Shown here in pieces: positions 16,285 through 29,200 of a stretch of 64,000 nt of DNA (its first letter is position 1; every line of letters begins with the position of its first letter). The DNA is from Lama guanicoe (taxonomy: Eukaryota). The DNA lies in NCBI GenBank assembly GCA_013239625.1, contig MU054323.1:8793220-8857219 (forward strand). Reading direction: 5' to 3'. The position numbers were made by a program, and so were the translations under genes. The notes beneath the pieces were generated by a model. That model had not been told where the DNA came from. It worked only from the letters and a program-made list of their open reading frames with translations, and did no database searches.

Positions 16285-19200
16285 ATGCACTTTTCCATTC
16301 CTGAAACCGAGTCCCGCAGCGGGGACAGCGGCGGCTCCGCCTACGTGGTGAGGAGCGGCCGGAGCCCGGCGGGGCAGGGGCGGGGATAACGGGCCGGAGC
16401 CCTGAGTGGCCTCCGAGGTCTGGCCACCACCTTTCGGGCCTGGGTCACAGGCCGCCGACCCCGACGGCCTCACCGGGAGCTTGTATTACATCTCATATTC
16501 GTCCAGAGATCGCCCCAGCTCCTGTAGGTCCTTTGTTTGGCCGCGTCGCCTACTCCGGCTGGGCCGCGGCGACTCTGGCGGGCCTCCTGGTGAGGAAGAC
16601 TGCAGCTCGAGCGCCCGGGGTTCCCTCTCGACTGGTCCTTCCGCTTTTGGACCTGGATCCAGGGAAAACAGACTGGCAAACATTTGGAAGATCTCGGCAC
16701 GTTACTCAGGCAGAGCTGTGCCAAGCAACTTCCGGCCAGGGTTCTCAAGGGGGTCGTCCAGACCGCGACCCTAAAATGCTTGCCTGCTTTTGTGTCCTCA
16801 GGCCTATAACATTCACGTGAATGGAGTTCTGCACTGTCGGGTGCGCTACAGCCAGCTCCTGGGGCTGCACGAGCAGGTGGGACTAGCACCCCTGCCTTGA
16901 GGCAGCTTCAAGCCTTTTCCTACACCTGGGCATCAGTGTTTCCATTTTCCCCCTCGTCGCTTTCCCGTAGGATGTAGTTCCCCTTTAATCACTGCCACAG
17001 GGGAGGATCTGGTGCTTTATCTTATCGTCTGACATTTCCGGGGAACTCCCTATGAAGCTTAATGTTTGCCACTCTAACTGCTCCTCCCTATACTCACGTC
17101 CTCCTTCCTGCTTCTCTGCTCCCATCTTACACAGCCTGTACACTGCCTTTGCCTGTGCATGGAGGAAACGACAACCTTCCTCCCTCCGCTGCCAAAACAT
17201 CCTTCTGTCATCTGAGCTGCAACTTGAAACTCTTTTCCCTGCTCATACAAACCATTCACCAATTTCCTTCTGTGTTCCTTGACTCACCTGAGTGGGTGTA
17301 GGTGTTTCATTTATTCTTATGTGTCTGTGATGTAATGTTTCTCTGTTCTCACCAGATTGTGAGCTCTGTTTAACTTGATACAGAGTCCTGGTTCTACTGA
17401 TAACTAGTTGTGCAACCCTGAGCAAGTTCCCTGATTTCTTTGGGCCTCAGTTTCCACAACTGAAAAATGGATTCCTTGATCTGCAAAGTCCCTCTAAGTC
17501 CTAAGATACTTTGTGAACATACTTAGCTATTACTTAACTGTTTGTACACATAAACTTCCCTTACAAAGCCTTTTGCTTGCTGTGAGGGTTCAATGAACAA
17601 AGCCTTGCTTGATAATCAAGGGGTTCCCTAGGCCCTGGCCTAAACAAACCCTCCCTATGCTGTGAAGGGGCTGATTTAAACACTGTAGACCAGAAAGAAC
17701 AGCTCCCTTGGAATGCTGCCTCTGCCAAAGGAATCATTTCCTGGATGACCAGGGTAGGCAGGGGAGCAGGGACTGAGGAGAGGGAAGGGGAGCCCAAGAG
17801 AACATTTTGAGTGTGAAGTGCCTCTTCTCATTTGCTGTGTTGTGTGAAGAGTTGTATCTCTTTCTCCAAATAGCTTCGGAAGGAATATGGGGCCAATGTG
17901 CTTCCTGCATTTCCCCCAAAGAAGCTTTTCTCTCTGACACCTGCCGAGGTAGAACAGAGGAGAGAGCAGTTAGAGAAGTACATGCAAGCTGGTGAGTGGT
18001 TGGAGGGGACTTTAGGCTGACACTGTTCTATAGAAAGTTCTAAAGTAATTTCTAGATCTGGGAAGCCTCTTGTTTGGTCTATTATTTAATTAGCAAAAGT
18101 AAATAGCAGGCAAGGATGCTCTAGGTACTAGGAAAGCATTTTGGGCACTGACATCTATGAGAGATAGTAGTATAACACTAAATAGTCTTAAAGCAATTTC
18201 AATCAGTGGGGAGAACTTAATTTGTATGATGTACTTTAGGTGAACCTTATTCTCTAGTTTTGTAGACTGGACTCACCTACATGGTAGCCAAGGGCAGGGC
18301 AGGTGAAGAATTTATGCAAACAGTGAGTGAGGTGAGGCCAACTGGGAGATGTGGCAGGCCACCATCAGCCCAGGAAATGAGGTCTGGGGGACAAACCAAG
18401 AAGAGAGCTGGGGGAAGCCAAGAGAAAATCCTAAGTTACTAGAACATCATTCTCTTGTCCCCACAGTTCGGCAAGACCCATTGCTTGGGAGCAGTGAGAC
18501 CTTCAATAGTTTCCTGCGTCGGGCACAGCAGGTAAGGGTTTGGGTAGGACCAAGATTTAAGGGAAAGACTTCTCTGTAGGGCCACATTTCAATGAGGTGG
18601 CTACAGGAGGGTCACCCTGACACCTTTTTTTTAATGGAATGGGGCTTCTGCTGTACCAATTAAATCAAGGAAACCCAACCTGTAATTAAGCAGCTGAGAA
18701 TAAAGGCACCAGGGGGACCTAGAAGTACAGAGTTGGGAAGGGGTCAGAGCTGGATGGCGGACATGTTGTTAACAAGGATGTGCCAACCATTTCTGTGTAT
18801 GCTCACAACCAGGAGACACAGCAGGTCCCCACAGAAGAGGTCTCCTTGGAAGTGCTGCTCAGCAACGGGCAGAAAGTTCTGGTCAATGTGCTAACTTCTG
18901 ATCAGACTGAGGACGTCCTGGAGGTGAGGTGCTTGTTTTGCACTGCCCCTCCTACCCCCTGCACCCCAGGGTCCCAGGCTTGGGGTGATTGGAACCACCC
19001 AGTATAATGAGCATACTTCCTTCCCTGTCCCCAGGCTGTGGCTGCAAAGCTGGATCTTCCAGATGATTTGATTGGATACTTTAGTCTCTTTCTAGTTCGA
19101 GAAAAAGAGGATGGAGCGTTTTCGTGTGAGTTTCCCTGGACTTTACAGCTTTGCTCTGTTCCCAGTAGTGAATTTGCCTCCCTGTCTCCGCTAGGAATGT

Positions 19201-21415
19201 GGCATTTCCTCAGGGCTTCTGTCTTGATTTCCCTCTCCTGAGTCTCATGACATTTTTTTTTTTTTTTGTAAATCATAGTTGTACGGAAGTTGCAAGAGTT
19301 TGAGCTGCCTTATGTGTCTGTTACCAGTCTTCGGAGTCAAGAGTATAAGATTGTGCTAAGGAAGAGGTCAGGCTGGGCTTGGAGGAGGGAGGAGGTGCTG
19401 GATTGCATTATGGGGCCATGTACTGAGACAGAATAATCTGGACAAGTGGGTAGTGCTGGGTGTTTCTACCAGGCCTCTCAAGTTTCCTCCCACTGTATCA
19501 CCATTCGCCTGATAGTTCGAGATTGCTCCTGTTTTGCCCCTTTTCCATTCTACCTTTTGCCTTCCCCCAGCTTAGCCCCATTACCCCTTTCCACCCCTTG
19601 GCCTCACAGTTATTGGGACTCTGCCTATGATGACGATGTCATGGAGAACCGGGTTGGCCTGAACCTGCTTTATGCTCAGGTGAGCTTGGAGCTGCCTCAG
19701 AACCCTTCCCCTGAGAATGACTCTGGTGTCCCACTCAACCAAAAAAATTCTTTCATGTCTTTACTCCCAGTTCATGGGGAAGTTCCTAGACTACTCTCAG
19801 GGCATTTGGCACAACCTCAACTCTCCCTACTTTGTAAGCTGATATGGTCAAGGACTCAATGCAAAGAGCTCACTCAGATGTGGGGTTAGGGGTCAGGCTG
19901 GCCAGAGGTAACTGGACACTTTCTTTGGACTTCTGACTGGGAGCCCTGAACCACCCTGCCCTTGTCTCCACTGTAGACGGTATCAGACATTGAGCGTGGG
20001 TGGATCCTGGTCACCAAGGAGCAGCACCGACAGCTCAAATCACTGCAAGAGAAGGTCTCCAAGAAAGAGGTGAGCCCTGCCTCCCTGTCTCTCTCCAAGG
20101 GGCTGCTTCCTCTGGTCTGCCCTACTTCCCCTCCTGACCCATCCTACATGGCGACTGGGTTTCAGTTCCTGCGGCTGGCCCAGACACTGCGGCACTACGG
20201 CTACTTGCGCTTTGATGCTTGTGTGGCTGACTTCCCGGAGAAGGACTGTCCAGTGGTGGTGAGCGCAGGCAACAGTGAACTCAGCCTCCAGCTCCGCCTG
20301 CCTGGCCAGCAACTCCGTGAAGGCTCCTTCCGGGTCACCCGTATGCGATGCTGGCGGGTCACCTCCTCTGTGAGTTGGGGTAGGAGGGGAAGGCCTTTGG
20401 GATGGAGGCCTGGCAAGGCTTGAGTTTCAGGGAGAGAGGCAGATTGCACTCAGCCAAATTTCCCTTCGTCTCCCAGGTGCCATTGCCCAGTGGAGGCACA
20501 AGCAGCCCAGGCCGGGGCCGAGGTGAAGTACGCCTGGAACTGGCTTTTGAATACCTCATGAGCAAGGACCGGCTCCAGTGGGTCACCATCACCAGCCCCC
20601 AGGTGTGAGCCCACCCTCAGGCCTCCTCTGGAGCCCATTGCACCGTCTCTCTTAGATACCCAAGTTTAGGGCTTCCAGGACTCCATGTGAGTGGGAGCCC
20701 TTGTGTTAGGGGTGCTGGGCTCAGGATGACACTCTAGTCAGGCTGAGCTCTCTCCTTGCCCCCAGGCTATCATGATGAGCATCTGCTTGCAGTCCATGGT
20801 AGATGAACTGATGGTGAAGAAATCTGGTGGCAGTATCAGGAAGGTAAGTGCAAGTGTGGACCAAGCACCTAGTGGTTGTGCTCTCCCTGCCTTTTGTCCT
20901 AGGTGTGATGCTTCTCCTGAGAGGGAGTGGGAGGGATTGGGATCCCAAAGAGAGTGAACCCACCCTTATCAGCACCTCATCTCCATCCTCAGATGCTGCG
21001 CCGGCGGGTGGGAGGCACTCTGAGACGCTCAGACAGCCAGCAAGCAGTGAAGTCCCCACCACTGCTTGTAAGTACTTCTCCCTGGTCAGTACCCCAGCCC
21101 CCAGCCCCCAGCCCGTGCCTTACCTCCCCCAGTGAATCCCTGACACTTCTGCTTCCTCTTCCTCAGGAGTCACCTGATGCCAGCCGGGAGTCCATGGTCA
21201 AACTCTCAGTGAGTTTCCCACGAGGATTGGGGAGGTTGGTGTTTGTAGGGGATTTCAGGGAGGCTTGAGCCCTCTGACCCCCCACCGTGCCTTTATTACA
21301 GAGCAAGCTGAGTGCCGTGAGCTTGCGGGGGATTGGCACTCCCAGTACAGATGCCAGTGCCAGTGACGTCCACGGCAATTTCGCCTTCGAGGGCATTGGA
21401 GATGAGGATCTGTGA
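16285..21415 (+). CDS. SNX17: Sorting nexin-17 (PX + FERM-like), 15 exons, 470 aa
   Basis: Exons: 16285-16347, 16802-16876, 17874-17991, 18467-18531, 18813-18923, 19035-19125, 19279-19366, 19610-19679, 19977-20069, 20166-20369, 20477-20602, 20766-20843, 20993-21067, 21167-21208, 21302-21415. All GT-AG, sum 1413 nt. MHFSIPETESRSGDSGGSAYVAYNIHVNGVLHCRVRYSQL...FAFEGIGDEDL* (Retriever-binding C-terminus). Confidence 0.97.
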
Positions 21416-21921
21416 TCTCCAGTGCTTGGATGTCTGCCCTCTATCCCGGAGGAATGTTTAGAAACTTGCCCTGTGCCTGTATCCCCCAAGCCGGGGGTAT
21501 CTTCCTTTCTATCTTCCTCTTTTCTCCTCTCGGCCAGGGGCCTCCCCCTCTTCCCCACCCTGAGGCTGGCTACACACAGGATCGTCCCCTCTCTTTTCAG
21601 AGCTGGCCCTCAATGCCAAATTAGCATTTAGTATTTTGCACAAAGTCCACGGGACCATGGCTACCTGCCTGGGGAGGAACTATAGCTCCCCCAAGGCTGC
21701 TTCTGGCTTCTTGGGGCCATGAGCCAAGGGGATGGGCAGAGGTCTGTGTATGGTCTGGCCCAGCTCCCCCTCATTAAACTCAGCCTGATTGCTGCCTACC
21801 TCCGGTTCCCTCTCACTGCCCCTGCTCCTCCCATCCCAGCATGGACTGCTATGCTAAGGGTGAGGCCGAGCTGTGCTTGCCATTGCCAACTCAGCATAGA
21901 CATGGCTTTGTTAGTGTCTCC

Positions 21922-21954
21922 TTTATTATAAAGCACTGAAATAAGTTAAATAAA
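21922..21954. terminator. Convergent poly(A) signals: ZNF513 AATAAA (-, 21922-21927) and SNX17 AATAAA (+, 21949-21954)
   Basis: ctttattataaagcactgaaataagttaaataaac. A proximal ATTAAA for SNX17 also lies at 21773-21778. Confidence 0.7.
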
Positions 21955-22248
21955 CAGGTGTGAGGCTGGGCAGTCCCCCAGCCAGTTCCTCCACTGCCCC
22001 TGGGAGCAGTGGAGGTGAATGCAGGGCCCTTCCCACTGAGCTTATGATGTGCATCAGTCAAGGCAAGGCCCCCTGGTCCATATGGGCCCCCTGCCCATGG
22101 GGTTTGGGCTGGTCCATATAGTGCCTAGGTTAGTCTGTGAGGAGCCCCTGGCCAGCGGGGGAGGAAGAAGGTGGCTTCTGGTCCATCTGTATGAAACATA
22201 CAGGAGGGTCAGGGCTAATCCACAGAGCCTGGGGGAGAAAGACCTAGT

Positions 22249-25193
22249 TCAGGGTGAGTCTGTATGGAGAGCACGGTTACCAGTGGCACCCAGGGCTGTT
22301 GGACCCCGAGAGCTCAAAACAGAGGGGGGACTGTGAGGTGGGGCCCAGCCCTCAGAGGCAGAGAGGCCAGGCCCTCCTGCCCCACCATGGCCATGCACCT
22401 TCTGGTGGCGTTTGTAGTTGTCCCAATGGCCTGTGGTGTAGGCGCAGGTGGCACAGCGGAAGGGCTTCTCGCCTGTGTGCCGCAGCATGTGGCGTTTGAG
22501 GTTCATGCTCTGGTTGCAGCTGTAGTTGCAAAGGCTACATCGAAAAGGTTTGTCCCCAGAGTGGATTCGACCGTGACGCTTGAGGTTGGCCAGGTTGCCA
22601 CAGGCATAGGGGCAGAGGGGGCACTTGTAGGGCTTCTCTCCTGTGTGGACACGCTGGTGCCGCTTCAGGTTATCCAGGTGAGCAGAGGCATAGGGACAGC
22701 GGGCACAGCGGAAGGGCTTCTCACCACTGTGTGTCTTCATGTGCCGGGCCAAGTGGTTGGGATAGTGAGTGGCAAAGGGGCAGAGGCTACAGGCAAAGCC
22801 TTTGTCACTGGGGCCCTGTGGTCCCCCACTGGCACCCCCTCCAGCCTCTCCTTGCATGCAGCGCCCACACATGGCAGCTCCCAGCCGACTACCCTCCCCC
22901 TCCTCCAGCTCTTGTCCACAGTTCCGGCAGGTCCAAGGGAACAGCAGCTCTGGCAGTGGTTCTGATCCAGTCCCACACAGGCCCTCCCCTTCACCCCGCA
23001 GCTGCCCACAGTCCGGCAGGAAACTTGCACCACCTGGTGGCACATGGAGGCTCAAATCTGGAAGCAACAGAGCATCTGTGGGAACAACGAGACCTGCACT
23101 ATGAATCCAAGTACCCCTAAGGCCACCCACCCATGTCCCAGGTTCTTTGGTCCCTGGCTTTTTACCTTCAGGTCGCCGGGGCACTGCCCCCTCCTGCTCT
23201 GTGGGACTGGGAGGCCGAGTTGGACGTGGAGCACAGCAACGGAAGCCACAGGTCGGGCAGGGAGGAGTGGGGGGCCCTGCATGGGTGCGCTGATGCCGCC
23301 TCAGGTTGCCCAGGCTGCTGCAGGCAAAGGGGCAGTGGGGACAGCGGTAGGGCTTCTCGCCAGTGTGGGTACGGGTATGTCGCGTCAGGTTGACGAGCTG
23401 GGCTGAGGCGTAGGGGCAGCGACCACAGCGGAACGGCTTCTCCCCGCTGTGTGTCTGCATGTGCCGCTTCAGGTGGCTCGAGTAGTGGGACACGAAGGCG
23501 CAGAGGCGGCATGAGTATAGTAGCCGTGGGGGCAGCGGGGGCCCCCCACCCGGCCCTCCTGGCCCACAGCACGGCCCCTCACCTGTCAGCCCCCCACACA
23601 GCTGGCAGGCTGGGCCTGGCCTCTCACCCCTGGCCTCCCCTGGACCCCTGGCTGGCTCCTCAACTTCACTCTCCGTGCTTAGTGCCCGGCCGCCCCCAGA
23701 CTCGTCGTCGCTCAGCCCGTAGGGAAGCCCAGGCCTGGCCCCCAGAGAGTCTCCTGGTGAGACAGACATGAGAAGAGACATCAACACAGGGTAGGACCAG
23801 GCTCCAAACTCCCTTTCTCGCTTGTGGTCTCCCTACTTGCTTGGATCCACCCTTCACTTCAGAGATCCTAAAAATTCAATGTGAATTATCTACCTCTGAG
23901 CCTGGACTGACCTACTGACGACAGTTATATATAAGTTCAGTGAAAGGAAAAAGATCATGGGTTCACAGTGGACCACAGATTGAAATGAATCAATAATTAA
24001 GTAATTAACTGATTCTTGGGATAAGAAAGTAAAAATACACAAGACAGACACCTGAGATTTTTTTCTAAGCTACATACAGCACGGTCTCTTGCAGCTGATT
24101 ATAAAATAAAAACTATTTGGAGGGAAAAGGAAACAGTAATGCATGTAATATCACTCTTAAGCCTAAAGGATGGATTCTCTTTTTCACGTGGATTCCCTCA
24201 GTGACTCAAAAACACCTTTGTAAGTGGCATAAGTGGTTAAGGAGTGCAGCAAATTAGGATGGGGTGATGCTAAGATCACAGGGAAGAGGAACGTGGAAGG
24301 CTACTTAAGGGTAAATGCTAAAACTTCAACAAAGAAGGGGCTTATGCTGCAGGTAAAAGAGTTAGATTAGACAGTACTAGATTACTAGCTTTAATGAAGT
24401 TGCTTCCTTGAACCTTTTAAAAGTAAACTCATATAAGGAATGAGCTAAGGAGTGGGGCAAGGTTATTAAAAAAGCATTTACTTTAAACCAGTTGCTCTAT
24501 GTGATTCTGCCACTGTCCGCTTCATACCACCTTTGGACCAGGCCCCAGGACTACCTCTCAACAAAGTTATGGACCAATAGGCAAATGAAGAGATCTAGCT
24601 CAAATCTAAACTAAAGCAGCCCTAGGTTGTGGTAGGAAACGGTGTTTTGCTTACTGGCACTAACCCCTAAACCGCCACCTAAAGGCTGGGGTTAAAGCAG
24701 TCATTATTCCTTAACTAATTCCCCCAAACCCACCTTCAGAGTCTCTCTCGAAGCTCATGAGCTGGTCGCTGTTGCCGTCACCTTCCTCCTCTTCCTCTTC
24801 CTCTTCTTCCTCAAACTCCAGATCCTGGCCTAGTAGCAAATCACTTTCCAATACCAGGGCCCCAGGTCCTTCGTCGAGGGACTCTTCGGTATCCACTGAA
24901 GAGGGGAAGGGGCTTGAAGATTCTCCCGCAGGAACCGTGCCCATCATCCGCACCCAGCGAGCCCGCCCTCGCAGACCGTACTTCCCACACTCGTAGACCC
25001 TTTCGGGTTCCCTTAGTAGGAAACTAGGAGACCACATCGCCCACCTCATCCCTCAAGAGTCCCCCTCCACCCCGACCTGAACCCACGCCACTGACCCCAC
25101 CCCCGCTCCTCCGCACCTCGAAGCCCCTGACCCCTGACCTTTGACCCCCTCGCATTTCACGGGCTGCGGGTGGCTCTGCTTCCTTCGGGGCAT
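22249..25193 (-). CDS. ZNF513: Zinc finger protein 513 (C2H2), 4 exons, 543 aa
   Basis: Exons (-): 25193-25139, 24895-24734, 23753-23166, 23075-22249; sum 1632 nt. MPRRKQSHPQPVKCEGVKVDTEESLDEGPGALVLESDLLLGQDLEF(E)n...; two C2H2 clusters with HTGEKP/HSGEKP linkers. Confidence 0.96.
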
Positions 25194-25760
25194 CGTGACC
25201 GGCTCCAGCCCGACGCGCCTCCGGCCTGCGGCCGCCCGGCCCCGCCCCTCCCGATTCGGCCGGCCCGCTGTTCCTTTCAGGGCCCACGAGCCGCCCCCAT
25301 GCAGCGGCGCGGGCCCCGGGCAGCCCCCGGCGCCGACCCCGGCGCCCAGCTCAGGCCGCTCCCGCTGCCGCCGCCGCCACCGCCGCGTCCATTCATGGAG
25401 CCCCCTACCCCCCCTACGGAGACCAGCTGGTACCTCCGTACTCCCTTCCGCTTCCGCTGCCGCAGAGCCACACGGGACACGTAGTCCGTGGGAAGCAGAA
25501 GCAGAGAAAGCGTCCACAGCGTGACCAGGAAGTGATTGTGACGAAAGCAAGCGGATGAACCAATCAGGGACCAGCTAGAACGAGGCTGGCAGGGAGGGCA
25601 GGAGAAACCCAGCCCTGGCTTCAGTCTTACAAGGGCGGCGATCCGATCCTAACCTTTCACTTCAGTAACGAGGAAATCATCCCTGATCTGTGTGAGGATG
25701 AGCCGTGAACGGCGTGAGCCTGGCAGCGTCTTGAGGAGTTACAATACCCGGGCCCCCTCT
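25194..25760 (-). promoter_or_regulatory. ZNF513: ZNF513 CpG-island promoter / 5' leader
   Basis: CpG-rich; tandem ETS-like cttccgcttccg (~25445-25456), ggaagtga (~25528), CCAAT (25560). Confidence 0.7.
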
Positions 25761-26285
25761 CACTTTTATACACACGCGCACATACACTAGGTAGATGGGG
25801 TGGGGGGTAGTATGGAGCCAGGGCACCCTGGGCGAGTGGCCTGGACAGAATGGCAGGAGAGAAAAAAGGACACCATGGGCACGATTAGGTTTTGGCCTTT
25901 AGTCTGAAAAAGTGTTGATTGAAAGTGTACAACAGATCAGGTGCAAGCGGCTGGGGGCCGTGGAGCCGCCAATAAAAAAGAATGTCCTTAAATAAAGTTC
26001 ACAGAGTAAAAACCAGAACCACCAGTCCTTCCCTCCAACACAACAGAGCACAGGCACAGAACCGGTGATGAGCCCCAAAGAGCAAGGAGGAGGCTGGGGA
26101 GGACAGCAGAGGCTCCCAGGTTGCTGTGTGGAGGGAGAGCCCTCTTTGGAATGGGCTGAGCAAAGCCCCCCAGCTCCCCCTGCACACCTCATAACCACTG
26201 CTAAGGCTAAAGGAAAAAGACAAAACTCAGTCTCAGTCCGGAGGGCTCAGAAAACAGTCTAGGTGGGCAGGGGTCTGGACAACTG

Positions 26286-29200
26286 CTAGTCCCGCTTGGC
26301 CTTCTTCTTATTGTCACTGTTGCCATTTTCTTCAGCCCCCTCAGCAGAGAGCACCTCCTCCAGTTTCCGCTTGCCACTCTCTGGCTGAAGCTCTGCTGTG
26401 TTTCGGGGCTTGAAGCAAATGATGATGCAGGTCATGTTGTCACACCCTGTACCGTCCCCAGAAGTGTCTGGTGCCAGGCACTGATCCAGCAGCTACAAAA
26501 AGGACGGGGCAGCTCAGCTTCAGTGTTTGAATACCTTTCTGGGAACCTAAAGTCCCACAAGAAGGCTGGCCCTGCTGAAACAGGGTGGCAGAAGGAGGGG
26601 AATGGGCAACAGGTATCACAAAACAAGCCACTTGCTAGTCCATGAGGCGTAAGAATAAGTCAGGGAAAATGAGGGAAGGTGGAATTTTCTAGTCAGGGTT
26701 TAGTATTTGTCAGTAATTAGTGATTCTCGCAGGCTCTGGCCTTAACTCAGGTCAAAAGAGAAAAACTTGCATACGCAGACCAGATACCCTCTCTCCTCCA
26801 CCCTAGGACTTACCTCTTCCACAATGGATGACAATAACCGAAGCTCCCCATTTTCATCACGCTGGCTTATCTTTGATTGAATAAAGTCTATAACTTCCTG
26901 GCTGCTCATCACATTCCTGGGGTCAAAAACAACAGTCAGAATCTTCTTTAGTCCCAACAAGGCAGAGTAGGGGAGTATGGATAGAGGTGACAGATGGCCA
27001 GGGCCAGGTAAACACCCACAGAGAATGTCCTCAGCTCTGCCTTAGGCTTGGGGGTCTTGACACCAAGCTGCCTATCTAGGATCTCATTATAGAGCAGCTT
27101 AAGAAAAGGGACTGAATGCAGCTACTAGAAGGATGATAGAGCAGCTAAGAGCCCTAAAAGAGAAGTAATGCTGTGGGGGAAAAAAGGGAATTTTAGGGTG
27201 TTCTGCTGGTGCTCACCAAATGCCATCACAGGCAATGACCATGAATTCATGATCATCAGTGAGAGTCAGCACCTTGATGTCAGGAAGGGCTGAAATCATT
27301 TGTTCCTCAGGTGGCAAGTTCTTGTTTCTCTTGTAGAAGTGGTCTCCTGAAATAAAGGAATGGTTGGTTGATGTATACTTTGAGTACTGATTTGTGTTTG
27401 AGGCCAGTCAAACCCTGACATTCCCTTCCCTTCTTAACAAAGTTCCATAATTTAATGGAATGGAGAACTGAGTTCTAGTTTTTCTGGTTTCAGTCCTGTC
27501 TTGGGTTACTGAGCCTTAAGTCACTAAACTTTTCATCATCCAGAAATGATACCTATCTTCCCTATTTCACAGATGTTTAAGGGGCAGAAGTAGTAGATAC
27601 AAAGGTATCTGGAAAGACACAAGGGCTATGAAGATTACAATTTGCTATAGGTAGACTGGAACAGAAAACAAGACCTCGGAAGTCTTTCCCATAGTTTCCT
27701 GGCCCTTACCAATGGCTCTGGAGAGGTTGAGGCCACCGTTGACTCGCCCATCCATGGTGACCTTGCCACCAGCATTCTTGATGCGTGCTAGCTCCACTTC
27801 ATCCTCCGGTTTGTGGTCATAGGACATGTCTAAAGCTTTGCCAGCCTCAGACACCACACAGCGGGAGTCTCCTGCATTGGCTACAATCAACTGCTTCCCT
27901 CTTATCAGAGCCACCACTGCTGTTGTACCACTGTCAGAGCCAGGCTTAAAAGGAAGAAAGGGAGCATGATGGGAGCTTCTGGACACCAGCTCCTTATCAG
28001 TGCTCCCCAAACCATTCCCCTATGCTTTCTCCTCTCACAAGGACCCCCAAGAGAGCTTTAACAGACAAGAGGAGCATAGATTTAATCTCTTCTGAAACTA
28101 CAGCCCATTTCCTCCCTTTTTGGAGATAATTCTATCTGAAATACCCGGTCCCCCTTGCAGGATAAATCCCCTCATGAGTATGACACCACTGATAAGATAG
28201 GAAGGGGACCCCTCTCCCAAAATCACAATCAGAGGATTCACACTTGGCCTCTCGGCTTTTCCAGACTCACTGCTCCTGTTCCCCACACACCTCTTCTTTG
28301 CCTTCCATCCCAGGCACCATCATCTCCTCCTCTTCTTCCTCATCCTCTTCAGCCTCCTCAGTGTCATCCTCATCTTCCTCATTCTCTGCCTCTTCACTGC
28401 TGTAGCCATCTTCTTCCTCGCTGCATTCCTGCCAGACGATCCCAGGCTACTGAGACCGGGATGACCCCCTTTCCCCTCCTCCCCCAACTCACAGTCAAAA
28501 CCAAGAGGCCTTGACTGAACACAGATTCTCAAACCACGGAAAGATGCAAATATATGATAATAATGGGAAAATGTGGAGGAAGGAGAGGACTAGGATGGTA
28601 CAACCTGAACTAGGTTCAGCAATTCACTAGCAGGAAACCCTAGGAAAAGTCAGAGCTGTCAGCTAAAAGCAGCTTCCAGACAACAGGACTCGAAAATAAA
28701 CTGCCCACATAAAGAAACACCCAAATATCCAAAGTAACAACCATCATCTTCTTGCTTTCTATCTAGGATACAGACTCTGAAAGGCCAGAACTAGATCTAT
28801 TTGTTATAATATGAACAAAGGAAGAGGTTAAGAGGGCTAATGGTACCTGTGTTGATGGAGATAATGACTTCAAGAAAAGCTTAGAATATAGTTGGGGGAT
28901 GATGTCAAAATAAAAGACAGAAAAGAGTACAAAGCTATAGAGGGCAACCCAACAAGTCCTTCTCTACAACTACAACATCTGTCTGCCCGTAACAGGTCCT
29001 TACCTCGCTGTCTTCCTCTTCCTCCTCTGCCTCATCTGACTCATCCTCACTGTCCTCAAAGAACTTGGACTTAGCAACTCGAGGCAGCTTGTCAGAGGCT
29101 GAAGAGCAGGAAGGCCCGGCCTCACCAGTGGGAGTGCCAGGCTCACCACCTTGGCCTGCCTCAGTCCCACGTTCCGAGTTGGAGGAAAGGCCCATGTGAG

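Noticed and set aside
16406..16889. 120-140 aa ORFs in SNX17 intron 1
   Set aside because: Open on both strands in GC-rich sequence, with no coding signature or splice linkage to the SNX17 frame.
22264..22965. 233-aa + strand ORF
   Set aside because: Antisense shadow of the ZNF513 zinc-finger exon.
22249..23787. 512-aa ORF as a single-exon gene
   Set aside because: It is ZNF513 exons 3-4 plus the 90-nt intron and part of intron 2; the true start is at 25193.
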